The notes: generated by a model from the letters alone, not told the origin. DNA of 64,000 bases from an uncultured Syntrophaceae bacterium (GCA_964637025.1 CAZWTL010000001.1:9394-73393); one strand, 5' to 3'. Shown: positions 9,659-18,685, counted from the first letter of the stretch. A program made the numbers and translations.

Positions 9659-10488
9659 CTTATGATCGATGACAGCACCTCGATGGTCACGATGGCCATG
9701 AATACCCTGACCATGCCGTTTAGGATCGCAAGAGGGATATCCGCCAATTCTGCGGACGCGTTCAGGCCGGTCTGGATGGAAATGAGCGTGATGAAGAAGC
9801 CGAAGGTGGCGCACTTGCACAGCATGACGACGATATCCAGGAGATCGGTCGATTGCAGCAGCGCGTCGATATAGGCGTCCGCGCTGATTCCGAACAGAGG
9901 ACTGGAGATCACCAGCCCGCTTGAAACCACCACGAGGGCAAAGAGGCCGGTCAGCAGGACCATCGAAAGCATCCCGCTGAGGATCCGCGGGACGAAGAGG
10001 TAATGGATCGGGTCGATCCGGAAACTTTCAAGGGTGTTCAGCTCTCCGGAGACCTTCATGACGGCCATTTCCGCGTTGGTCACCGAACTGGAACGAAGCG
10101 CAATGAGCAGCACGGTGACGAAGGGAGAGAATTCCGTGACCACGAAACCCATCAGCAGCCGTCTCAAGGAATCCGCAAGCTCCGCGTGCTTGACGGCCTG
10201 GAAGGCCATGCCGTTGAAGAGGAAGCCGAAGATCAGCGCCACACAAAGAAACAGGGGGAGGATCTGAACCGATGTGGCATAAAGCTGCTGGGCAAACACC
10301 ATTCTGCAGGCGCTGTTGAACGTCCTGCGGTGGAAAAGTTTCAGGGAAACCCTCGCGGCAAGGGCAAGCGTTTCCAGGAGAGAATGGACGCTCAGAAGGG
10401 TTGCCTTGCCGATATGGTCGGTAAACGTGATCATAAGACCCAACAGCGACGCCTCGGGGAATGAATACGGGAACCCTTCATCGATCAT
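9649..10488 (-). CDS. MlaE-family ABC transporter permease
   Basis: It is a multi-TM protein with the conserved MlaE segment ...NAEMAVMKVSGELNTLESFRIDPIHYLFVPRIL.... I set the start at MIDEGF (ATG 10488); the 400-aa ORF-track version adds an Arg/Ser/Pro-rich non-coding-like extension. Confidence 0.8.
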   Translation of the reverse strand: MIDEGFPYSFPEASLLGLMITFTDHIGKATLLSVHSLLETLALAARVSLKLFHRRTFNSACRMVFAQQLYATSVQILPLFLCVALIFGFLFNGMAFQAVKHAELADSLRRLLMGFVVTEFSPFVTVLLIALRSSSVTNAEMAVMKVSGELNTLESFRIDPIHYLFVPRILSGMLSMVLLTGLFALVVVSSGLVISSPLFGISADAYIDALLQSTDLLDIVVMLCKCATFGFFITLISIQTGLNASAELADIPLAILNGMVRVFMAIVTIEVLSSIIRFI

Positions 10489-10660
10489 CGCCTGTCCCGC
10501 GCTCCGACGGGGAATAGAGGGAAGGGTCAGGAAGGGCCAAGCAGCCCCTAGCGACGAATCTTTTGTAACACAATATGGTTCGGCGCGCAAACGGGATTCA
10601 ACGAAGGATTTCTTTTTTGCGAGGAAACTGGTATATAAACGAAAAAAACAGGGAGAACTC

Positions 10661-11464
10661 ATGAAGATCGTGCGTTTTTTAACCGAAGACGGGGAGGTCC
10701 GCATGGGGTCGATCGACGAGGATCGGCCCGGAGAGGCCCGAATCGTGCGGGGCGATCTTTTCGGAAGGTTGGAGCCCACCGAACAGAGGGCCCGGATCCG
10801 GCGACTCCTGGCCCCGTTGACGCCGTGCAATATCCTTGCGGTCGGACTCAATTACGGCGGTCATGCCGCGGAAACGAAAATCAGCCGGCCTGAAAGCCCG
10901 GTCCTGTTCCTTAAAGCGACCACGTCGGTGATCGGACCGGGCGATGTGATCCTACTACCGTCGGTGGGACCCGATCGGGTCGATTACGAGGCGGAATTGG
11001 CCGTGGTCATCGGACGCAGGGCCAAGAACGTGAGCCGTCAAGAGGCCCTCGATGTGGTGCTGGGGTACACCTGCGCCAATGACGTCAGCGCGCGCGACTG
11101 GCAGATCGATAAACAGAAGCGGCAGTGGGCGCGGGGAAAGAGCTTCGATACCTTCTGTCCCCTGGGCCCCTGTCTTGTGACCCGGGATGAGATACCGGAT
11201 CCGAACAGGCTCGGCCTCCGGGCGATCCTCAACGGGCAGATCATGCAGGATTCCCACACCTCCGATATGATTTTCGACGTGCGGTCGCTCATTGCCGACC
11301 TCAGCCGTTCCTTGACGCTTCTTCCGGGCACCGTCATCCTGACCGGGACGCCCGAAGGGGTTGGTTTTACGAGAAATCCGCCGGTTTATCTCCAAGAAGG
11401 GGATGAGATCACCATTGAAATCGAGGGGATCGGAAGCCTTACCAATCCAGTCGGACGGGAGTGA
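10661..11464 (+). CDS. Fumarylacetoacetate hydrolase (FAH)-family protein
   Basis: It starts MKIVRF... and carries GLNYGGHAAE, DYEAELAVVIG and GTPEGVG motifs typical of FAH/2-keto-4-pentenoate-hydratase-like enzymes. The ATG at 10661 follows GGGAGA. Confidence 0.85.
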   Translation: MKIVRFLTEDGEVRMGSIDEDRPGEARIVRGDLFGRLEPTEQRARIRRLLAPLTPCNILAVGLNYGGHAAETKISRPESPVLFLKATTSVIGPGDVILLPSVGPDRVDYEAELAVVIGRRAKNVSRQEALDVVLGYTCANDVSARDWQIDKQKRQWARGKSFDTFCPLGPCLVTRDEIPDPNRLGLRAILNGQIMQDSHTSDMIFDVRSLIADLSRSLTLLPGTVILTGTPEGVGFTRNPPVYLQEGDEITIEIEGIGSLTNPVGRE

Positions 11465-11740
11465 TGTGATAGACCGTTGATGCGACGCGGTGCGTTCCGA
11501 TCGTATTCCCCCCAAAAGGATGGGTTGTCTGCGGCATCGGACAAAATCCCGGGGCTCTCAAGCCTTAACCGGCGCCGCCAGCAAGGCGCAATGCCCCGAT
11601 CCCGCCACAACTGGATACTTTGTAGCCGACTGGATGGGAGGAACGGATAATTGCGATCCATCTTTTCCGGGGGAACGGGACGAAACAGAATCAATATGCA
11701 TATAACATAATGATCGCATAAAGATAAAAATAAAAAGCTT

Positions 11741-11756
11741 TGGCACGTCCGTTGCT
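11741..11756 (+). promoter_or_regulatory. Sigma54 (RpoN) -24/-12 promoter element TGGCACGTCCGTTGCT
   Basis: It matches the TGGCACG-N4-TTGCW consensus exactly. An A/T-rich tract (11715-11740) lies immediately upstream. It is about 220 nt upstream of the htrA-like ATG. Confidence 0.5.
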
Positions 11757-11849
11757 ATCATGAAGCCGTGGGAAGATTCTCTGGAACGGCTCCGTTTGGA
11801 GGTCGCTCAGCAGAATCCAGGGTGTGCCTGAAATGAACGGGCACGGGCA

Positions 11850-11877
11850 TTGACAAATACCAAAATACCTTTATAGT
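11850..11877 (+). promoter_or_regulatory. Candidate sigma70-type promoter (TTGACA-N16-TATAGT)
   Basis: TTGACA is at 11850-11855 and TATAGT at 11872-11877, about 95 nt before ATG 11973. This is a pattern match only. Confidence 0.35.
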
Positions 11878-11972
11878 ACGGAATCTGATTCGGAAACCCT
11901 GCGGGCAGCACAAACAAAATGAACTGCGGGTGTTTTCGGAAGTCAAGATACCGATGGTTCAGGAGGCAGATC

Positions 11973-13454
11973 ATGAGTCGGGATAACAAGGGACGAAAAA
12001 CTTTCATAATGTTTCTGTTGGCTTTTTTGATCGGATTTTTCGTCGTTTCCGTTGTAGAGGTGCTTCGATCGTCCTTTGCACCTTCGGGACCCGGTCCGGA
12101 TGTGCAGGTGGCGTCGGCGGTTTCCACCGTCGATCTGGCGCGTCCGCCTCTCTCTCTTGCGGATCTCGTTGACAAACTCAAACCCTGTGTCGTCAACATC
12201 AGCACGACCAAAACGGTACGCAGCGGCGGGTTCCGTTCTCCTTTCGGACAGGGAGCGCCTTTCGGTCCTTTCGGAGGGGATGATTTTTTTGAGCGGTTTT
12301 TCGGCGACAGCCCGCAGCGTCAGTTTAAACAGAAGAGCCTTGGCTCGGGATTCATCATCAGCAATGACGGCTATATCTTCACGAACAACCACGTCGTGGA
12401 ACAGGCAGACGAAATTCTGGTAAAACTTTCCGATGGAAAAGAATACAAGGCCAAGGTCATCGGAAAGGATGCACAGACCGACATTGCCTTGATCAAGATC
12501 AAACCGAGCAACAGCCTGCCGGTAGCGGAAACGGGCGACTCGGAGAAACTCAGGGTGGGCGAATGGGTGGTGGCCATCGGGAACCCCTTCGGCCTGGAAC
12601 AGACCGTAACCGCTGGAATTGTGAGCGCAAAGGGCCGTGTGATCGGTGCGGGTCCCTTTGACAATTTCATCCAGACCGATGCCTCCATCAACCCCGGAAA
12701 CAGCGGCGGGCCGCTTTTCAACACGGAGGGCAAGGTGGTCGGCATCAACACCGCGATCGTGGCCCAGGGCCAGGGGATCGGGTTTGCCATTCCGATCAAC
12801 ATGGCCAAAAGCATCCTGCCGGATCTCAAGGCCAAGGGCAAGGCGACCCGGGGATGGCTCGGGGTTTCCGTGCAGGACATCAGCGAGGATATCGCCAAGA
12901 CCATGAAGATCAAGGACCGAAACGGCGTCCTGATCTCCGATGTCTTTGAAGGGGATCCGGCCGACAAGGCCGGGATCAAATCCGGGGATATCGTGACCGA
13001 GATCGACGGGAAGCCCGTGAAGGACACGCATGAGTTGCTCCTCGTGGTTTCAAGCCTTTCCATCGGAGAGACGGTAAAGATCAAGATCATTCGGGACGGC
13101 CAGGAAAAGATCCTTCCCATAACGATTGCGGAAAGAACGGACAAGGCGGAGATCGCCTCTTCCCAGCAGACTGGAGAGGCCTTCGGGATGACGGTCCAGG
13201 AGATTACTCCGGAGATTGCCAGCCATCTCGGGCTTGGGACGAAGAAGGGGATCATCGTGGTCGATGTCCAGGAGGGAAGCGCTGCGGATGAGGTGGGAAT
13301 CCAGCCTCAGGACATCATTCTCCAGGTGAACAAGGTCAAGGTGACGACCATGAAGGAGTATCAGAAGGAGCTCTCAAAAGCGGGGGAGAAGGGCAGCCTG
13401 CTCCTGCTGATCCAGCGCGGGAAACAGCGCTTCTTCGTACCCCTGACGAAATGA
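11973..13454 (+). CDS. HtrA/DegP/DegQ-family periplasmic serine endoprotease with two PDZ domains
   Basis: The catalytic triad contexts are TNNHVV (His), DIALIKI (Asp) and GNSGGPL (Ser), followed by two PDZ-like repeats and preceded by an N-terminal TM/signal segment. AGGAGG lies 6 nt upstream of ATG 11973. Confidence 0.9.
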   Translation: MSRDNKGRKTFIMFLLAFLIGFFVVSVVEVLRSSFAPSGPGPDVQVASAVSTVDLARPPLSLADLVDKLKPCVVNISTTKTVRSGGFRSPFGQGAPFGPFGGDDFFERFFGDSPQRQFKQKSLGSGFIISNDGYIFTNNHVVEQADEILVKLSDGKEYKAKVIGKDAQTDIALIKIKPSNSLPVAETGDSEKLRVGEWVVAIGNPFGLEQTVTAGIVSAKGRVIGAGPFDNFIQTDASINPGNSGGPLFNTEGKVVGINTAIVAQGQGIGFAIPINMAKSILPDLKAKGKATRGWLGVSVQDISEDIAKTMKIKDRNGVLISDVFEGDPADKAGIKSGDIVTEIDGKPVKDTHELLLVVSSLSIGETVKIKIIRDGQEKILPITIAERTDKAEIASSQQTGEAFGMTVQEITPEIASHLGLGTKKGIIVVDVQEGSAADEVGIQPQDIILQVNKVKVTTMKEYQKELSKAGEKGSLLLLIQRGKQRFFVPLTK

Positions 13455-14128
13455 CGGGACCACGAAAAGCCGGGATGGGCTACGGTGAAGATCTGCTGAA
13501 GATCTATCGACTGCTGAACGGATATTTCGGCGATCTTCACTGGTGGCCCGCCTCGGATCCCTTCGAGGTCATGGTCGGGGCGATCCTGACCCAGAATACC
13601 GCCTGGACCAATGTCGAAAAGGCAATCCAAGCGCTGCGGGCGAAGCAGCTTCTCGCTCCCGCGGCGCTTTTGTCTGTGCCGGAGGAAGAATTGGCCCGGA
13701 TGATCCGTCCCTCCGGCTATTATCGTCTCAAGGCCGGGAGGGTCAAGTCCTTTGTCCGGTTCATGATGGCGGAATATGGCGGACGGGTGGAAGCCATGAA
13801 GTTGGAAGAGCAGTCGAGGCTCCGCAACAAACTGCTCGGGGTCAGGGGCATAGGGCCGGAAACGGCCGACAGCATCCTGCTGTATGCTTGCGAAAAGCCT
13901 GTTTTTGTCGTTGATGCCTACACCAAGAGGCTTCTTTGGCGCCACGGCATGATCGGAGGTGACGCCGATTATGGATCGATTCAGAAACTTTTCATGGATC
14001 ATCTGCGGCCGGATGTCGCTCTTTTCAATCAGTATCACGCCCTGATCGTGAACGCCGGGAAGTTCTTTTGCCGGAAGACGGCGTTGTGCGAGGCCTGCCC
14101 GCTCGCCAGTTTGCCGACCGCACCATAG
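13451..14128 (+). CDS. Endonuclease III-related HhH-GPD family protein
   Basis: It has ILTQNTAW, a helix-hairpin-helix (LLGVRGIGPETAD) and a following Asp, and a C-terminal Cys cluster CRKTALCEAC. The start overlaps the htrA stop (ATGA). Confidence 0.75.
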   Translation: MTGPRKAGMGYGEDLLKIYRLLNGYFGDLHWWPASDPFEVMVGAILTQNTAWTNVEKAIQALRAKQLLAPAALLSVPEEELARMIRPSGYYRLKAGRVKSFVRFMMAEYGGRVEAMKLEEQSRLRNKLLGVRGIGPETADSILLYACEKPVFVVDAYTKRLLWRHGMIGGDADYGSIQKLFMDHLRPDVALFNQYHALIVNAGKFFCRKTALCEACPLASLPTAP

Positions 14129-14157
14129 GGGCACGCGCGCGGACAAGGGTTGTCAGC

Positions 14158-15222
14158 ATGAATTTGAAAGACTACACCGCCGTCATCCACGTCCATTCTG
14201 CCTATTCGTTCGACGGCCGCACGACCGTTACGGCCATTCTGAAAGCGGCGAGGAGGAGCGGCATCGATATCCTCCTGCTCACAGACCACTCGACGCTCCG
14301 GGCCCGTGAAGACGGATTCGAAGGATGGCAGGACGGCGTTCTGGTGGTCGTAGGCGAGGAAATAGCGCCGCGTTTCAACCATTATCTGGCGTTCGGCCAT
14401 GATCGCGCCATTGATTGCGCGGAAAAAGAGCCAAACCTCCCCCCGCAGGCCTACATTGACCGGGTGAAGATGAGGGGCGGGATGGGTTTCATCGCCCATC
14501 CGGACCACACCGGGGCCCCGCTGTTTCACGTGAAACATTATCCCTGGATCGACTGGTCGGTCGCCGGATACGCGGGGATGGGCATCTGGGATTTTATGAC
14601 GGACTGGCAAAGCGGCCTTTCCAGTCCTCTCCGGGCCCTGATGGGCTATGCCTTCCCCGCCCTTTTGCTCCGGGGCCCGCTGCCGCAAACGTTTGCCCGC
14701 TGGGACCGTCTGACGCAGGAGCGGCGGGTCGTCGGGATCGGCGAACTGGACAACCACAACAGCCTGAGACGACATTGGGGGATCCCTGTCTCCGTATTTC
14801 CCTTTGGCAGGGTCTTCAATCTCATCAGGACGCACGTCGTGATCGAGAAGCCCCTTTCGGGCGATGGACGTTCCGACATCGCCACGATTCTCGAGGCGTT
14901 GCGCAGGGGCCGCGCGTACGTTTCCCTGGACCATTTCCAGCCGGCCAAGGGATTCTCGCTCATCCTGGAGGCAGACGGCGGACCATACACCCTGGGAGAT
15001 GAGGCCGTCCTCCGCCATACCGCGGAGTTCCGAGTCCGGTGTCCCCACCGGGCACGGATTCGGCTGATCCGGAACGGCATCTTGTTCCATGAGTGCAATG
15101 CGGATGCTTTTCGGATAACGGTCCAGGAACCGGGTGTTTACCGCGTCGAAGCCGACTTGAAGGCCTTCGGGCGGTATCGCCCGTGGATATATTCCAATCC
15201 CATTTATCTCATCCGTCCCTGA
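14158..15222 (+). CDS. PHP-domain (CehA/McbA-like) metallohydrolase
   Basis: The N-terminus VIHVHSAYSFDG...LLLTDH is typical of PHP/polymerase-histidinol-phosphatase folds. I set the start at MNLKDY (ATG 14158). Confidence 0.65.
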   Translation: MNLKDYTAVIHVHSAYSFDGRTTVTAILKAARRSGIDILLLTDHSTLRAREDGFEGWQDGVLVVVGEEIAPRFNHYLAFGHDRAIDCAEKEPNLPPQAYIDRVKMRGGMGFIAHPDHTGAPLFHVKHYPWIDWSVAGYAGMGIWDFMTDWQSGLSSPLRALMGYAFPALLLRGPLPQTFARWDRLTQERRVVGIGELDNHNSLRRHWGIPVSVFPFGRVFNLIRTHVVIEKPLSGDGRSDIATILEALRRGRAYVSLDHFQPAKGFSLILEADGGPYTLGDEAVLRHTAEFRVRCPHRARIRLIRNGILFHECNADAFRITVQEPGVYRVEADLKAFGRYRPWIYSNPIYLIRP

Positions 15223-15227
15223 GGACG

Positions 15228-16709
15228 ATGAACCATAAGGAGACTGAAAAAGAAGAGATGCGAGATTTCATGAAGGAGGGACCTGCCTGTCCCGTAAAGA
15301 TTCAGGACAACACCTTTCGCGATGGTCACCAGTCCATCTACGCGACCAGGATGCGAACGGAGGATATGCTGCCTATTGCCGAACAGATGGATGAGATGGG
15401 ATTTTGGGCCATGGAGGTCTGGGGGGGCGCAACCTTCGACGTCATGCACCGTTTCCTCGGAGAGGACCCATGGGAGCGGCCGAAGGCGCTCAAAAGATAT
15501 ATCAAAAAAACCCCGTTCACGATGTTGCTCCGCGGGCAGAACCTCGTGGGTTATCGCAACTATCCGGACGATGTGGTCCGCGCGTTCGTGGACAAGTCCT
15601 GCGAAGTCGGGATCGATGTCTTCCGGGTTTTCGACGCGTTGAACGACATCCGGAATTTCGAGACCTGCGTGGAGCGGATTAAGGCCAACAAGAAACATTT
15701 CGAAGGGGTGATCTGCTATTCTCTGACCCAGCCCCATCTGGGGGGCGACGTGTTCAACATGAATTACTATCTGCGGATGGCCAGGGCGCTGGAGGCGATG
15801 GGCGCCGACAGCATCTGCGTCAAGGACATGGCCGGAATCATCTCCCCCTACGACATTTACGACTTGGTGACCGAGCTGAAGAAGATCATCAGGGTCCCGC
15901 TGCATCTCCATACCCATTATACCAGCGGCATGGCCTCCATGTCCTACCTCAAGGCGATCGAGGCGGGCATCGACATCGTCGATACCTGCCTGGCTCCCTA
16001 TGCCCTTCGGTCATCGATGCCTGCTGTCGAGCCCTTGGTCGTGTCGCTTCAGGGGACGAAACGGGATACGGGCCTGGATTTGCGCAAACTGCTTTCCCTG
16101 GGAGAACACCTTGAGAAAATTGCCCCCAAATACCGGGAACACCTGGCAAACCATACCCTCTCCCTGATCGATGCGGGGGTGCTGGCCCACCAGATCCCGG
16201 GCGGGATGATTTCGAACCTCGTCAGCCAGCTCAGGGAGATGAACGCCCTGGATCGCCTGAACGATGTTTATGCCGAAATTCCCAGGACGAGGAAAGAGGC
16301 CGGCACGCCTCCCCTGGTCACGCCGACCTCCCAGATCGTCGGTGCACAGGCGGTCATGAACGTGGTTGCGGGCCGTTACCGGATGGTGAACAACCAATTC
16401 AGCGACCTCATTTACGGGCTCTATGGAAAAACACCGGCACCTATCGATCCCGAGGTGCAGCAGACCGTTTTGAAGCGCAACAAACGCGGTCAGACACCCG
16501 TTGCCGGCAGGCCGGCCGATTACCTTGAACCGGAACTGGAGGAAGCCCGCAAGAGGATAGGCAGCCTCGCCAAAACGGAAGAAGATCTTTTGATCTATGC
16601 CCTCTATCCAACGACTGGGGAGCAGTTTCTGAAACGGAAGTACGGGATGGAAGCCGCACCGGACCCGATGTGCCCCTTGGCCGCGCATGAGGGGGTCGTC
16701 GGCCAGTGA
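15228..16709 (+). CDS. Carboxyltransferase subunit, transcarboxylase 5S / oxaloacetate decarboxylase alpha / PycB-like, without biotinyl domain
   Basis: It contains the ...IQDNTFRDGHQS... pyruvate carboxyltransferase (HMGL-like) domain plus the conserved C-terminal PYC_OADA region. It ends ...AAHEGVVGQ with no MKM biotin-attachment motif. Confidence 0.8.
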   Translation: MNHKETEKEEMRDFMKEGPACPVKIQDNTFRDGHQSIYATRMRTEDMLPIAEQMDEMGFWAMEVWGGATFDVMHRFLGEDPWERPKALKRYIKKTPFTMLLRGQNLVGYRNYPDDVVRAFVDKSCEVGIDVFRVFDALNDIRNFETCVERIKANKKHFEGVICYSLTQPHLGGDVFNMNYYLRMARALEAMGADSICVKDMAGIISPYDIYDLVTELKKIIRVPLHLHTHYTSGMASMSYLKAIEAGIDIVDTCLAPYALRSSMPAVEPLVVSLQGTKRDTGLDLRKLLSLGEHLEKIAPKYREHLANHTLSLIDAGVLAHQIPGGMISNLVSQLREMNALDRLNDVYAEIPRTRKEAGTPPLVTPTSQIVGAQAVMNVVAGRYRMVNNQFSDLIYGLYGKTPAPIDPEVQQTVLKRNKRGQTPVAGRPADYLEPELEEARKRIGSLAKTEEDLLIYALYPTTGEQFLKRKYGMEAAPDPMCPLAAHEGVVGQ

Positions 16710-16997
16710 ATGGCCGCATCTCTGAACGGATCCGCGGGCCGAAGTGTCCCGGAAGGGGCATCCCGGCCATGGAGGGGGTTAGAGCCGGCTTCGTTTTGAA
16801 CTTTTCCTGGAACGGCAAAGATGATATAGCTTTCCCGAAGCCGGGGCATGTCGGATGCGGGGGTGACTGTCGGACCGCCATGGGCGGATCGCCTTCCGCG
16901 TGCGGGGATTCCGGCCAAAAGCTGCCGCAAGACGGATGGTTCCAGGGGCAGGGCCCCCATGGTCCTCCGATCCCATCCGTAACCCATCCATTTTACG

Positions 16998-17684
16998 ATG
17001 ATCAAGACGGTTTCCAGGATTGCTATACACTACGGTCTGATCTCCGTTGTCTACGGCCTACTTAAGCTGTACCTTTGCCTCGTGCGCGTCCGTTCGGAAC
17101 GCGAGGAGAGGATTCTGGATCATGTCCGCAAAGGCGGGGGGGGCATCGTTGCCCTCTGGCACCAGCGGATCCTTCTGGTCCTCCGTTACGCCGAACGTTT
17201 CGGACATCTTCGTCCCGCGGTCATGATCAGCCAGAGCCGGGATGGGGACCTGATCGCCGGCTTGGTTCGCCGCTTCCATTTTCGTCCCGTACGCGGATCC
17301 AGTTCCAAAGGGGGCCGGGAGGCGCTGGCCAGGATGATTGCGGAGCTTTCCGCCCATCCTTTTGCCGTTCATGTTTTGGACGGTCCCCAGGGACCGAGAG
17401 GTCTGGTCAAGGCGGGCCTTGTCCGCATGTCCCAGAGCTCGGGCGCCCCGATCATCCCGATTTACGTATCCGTCAACCGGGCCTGGGTCCTGCGAAGCTG
17501 GGACCGCTTCCTGATTCCGAAGCCGTTCAGCACCGTTCGGATTCGTTGGGACGAACCGATTTCCGTGCCCGCGGAACTGGATGCCGCTGCCTTCGAGCGC
17601 ATTCGGATCGAGATTGAGCAGAGGATGCGGGACCATCAGGAACGGGATGACCGGGAAAACGGCTGGGATCGCACCCTCTTCTAG
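16998..17684 (+). CDS. DUF374 / lysophospholipid-acyltransferase-like protein
   Basis: It has an N-terminal TM segment and the ALWHQR...ISQSRDGDLIA... motifs typical of DUF374. Confidence 0.65.
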   Translation: MIKTVSRIAIHYGLISVVYGLLKLYLCLVRVRSEREERILDHVRKGGGGIVALWHQRILLVLRYAERFGHLRPAVMISQSRDGDLIAGLVRRFHFRPVRGSSSKGGREALARMIAELSAHPFAVHVLDGPQGPRGLVKAGLVRMSQSSGAPIIPIYVSVNRAWVLRSWDRFLIPKPFSTVRIRWDEPISVPAELDAAAFERIRIEIEQRMRDHQERDDRENGWDRTLF

Positions 17685-17917
17685 TACCGTGGCGATCATC
17701 GTAAGGCCCATCGGAAGGGTGGCGGCACCCTGAAGAACCCTTCGCGGCCCGAAGGGTGGCCCACAGGTATTGCGGAAACGTGCGGGACCCGACCTGAACC
17801 GCCCGTGAGCTCATCCCCTTCGTCGGGTGTGGCCAGCCCTCCCGATGCAGCAACATTCCCATGAATGGTGCCGCACCGCCGTCTGGAGAAGCAGCGCCTG
17901 TTTTCGGCCTTGACCGG

Positions 17918-18676
17918 TCAAGCCAGCATGCCGCCGTCCACTGTGAGGCAGATTCCCGTGGTATAGGAGGCGGCTCCGGAGACCAGGTAGAGAACGGCGC
18001 CGGCCATCTCCCCCGGACTCGCAATCCGCCCCATGGGGATCATCGGCAGCACCGCCTTCATGATGTCCGGGTTCTGCGTGAGCGCGGCGGTGAATCGGGT
18101 ATCCGTCAATCCGGGAAGCAGGGCGTTCACGCGGATGTGATATGGTGCGAGCTCCTTGGCGAAGGACTTGGTCATCGCGATGATTCCGGCCTTGGTGATG
18201 GAATAGACCCCCTGGAGGAGCGCCGGACGGACGCCATTGACCGAAGCGACGTTCACGATCGCTCCGCCGCCGGATTGCTGCATGAGTTTCGCGGCATTCT
18301 GGCTCATGAAGAAACAACCTTTCAGATTCACATCGCAGGTCTTGTCCCAGGCCTTCTCGTCCACGCCCAGGAGGTCTCCGAGAAAGGGATTGGTGCCGGC
18401 ATTGTTGATCAGGATATCGAGACGGGGATGGTTGTCGATTATTTTCTTAAACAAATCGTTAATCTGAATCAGATACCCGACGTTGCACACCATTGATTCC
18501 GCCGTTCCTCCGTTCCGGACGATCTCCTCCTCCACATGTTTCAGGGCCTCCACTTTCCGGCCGGCCAGGAGGACGTGAGCGCCGTGCAGCGAGAGGATTT
18601 TCGCGATCGCCTCACCGATTCCGCGGCTGGCACCCGTGATCAATGCAGTTTTCCCTTTAAGATTGAATAGTCCCAT
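17918..18676 (-). CDS. SDR-family oxidoreductase
   Basis: It carries the TGASRGIG cofactor motif, NNAG, and a catalytic S...YxxxK context (YSITKAG); 252 aa. Confidence 0.85.
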   Translation of the reverse strand: MGLFNLKGKTALITGASRGIGEAIAKILSLHGAHVLLAGRKVEALKHVEEEIVRNGGTAESMVCNVGYLIQINDLFKKIIDNHPRLDILINNAGTNPFLGDLLGVDEKAWDKTCDVNLKGCFFMSQNAAKLMQQSGGGAIVNVASVNGVRPALLQGVYSITKAGIIAMTKSFAKELAPYHIRVNALLPGLTDTRFTAALTQNPDIMKAVLPMIPMGRIASPGEMAGAVLYLVSGAASYTTGICLTVDGGMLA

Positions 18677-18685
18677 GCACTTCTC

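Noticed and set aside
9649-10851. The ORF track offers a 400-aa version of the MlaE-like ORF and a 476-aa version of the AI-2E ORF (59444-60874).
   Set aside because: The N-terminal extensions are Arg/Ser/Pro-rich, lack TM character and run into neighbouring genes or promoters. Internal ATGs at 10488 and 60493 give family-typical lengths and remove the overlaps.
14083-14128. The EndoIII-like protein ends CRKTALCEACPLASLPTAP, with only three Cys of the usual four-Cys [4Fe-4S] loop. A TGC codon lies in the +1 frame (about 14111-14113), close to the spacing expected for the fourth ligand, which hints at a frameshift.
   Set aside because: Following the +1 frame would extend the protein about 60 residues across the start of the next gene, which is not family-like. 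I also cannot verify the normal C-terminus of this subfamily. It could be chance, a real truncation or a sequencing error, so I do not claim it.
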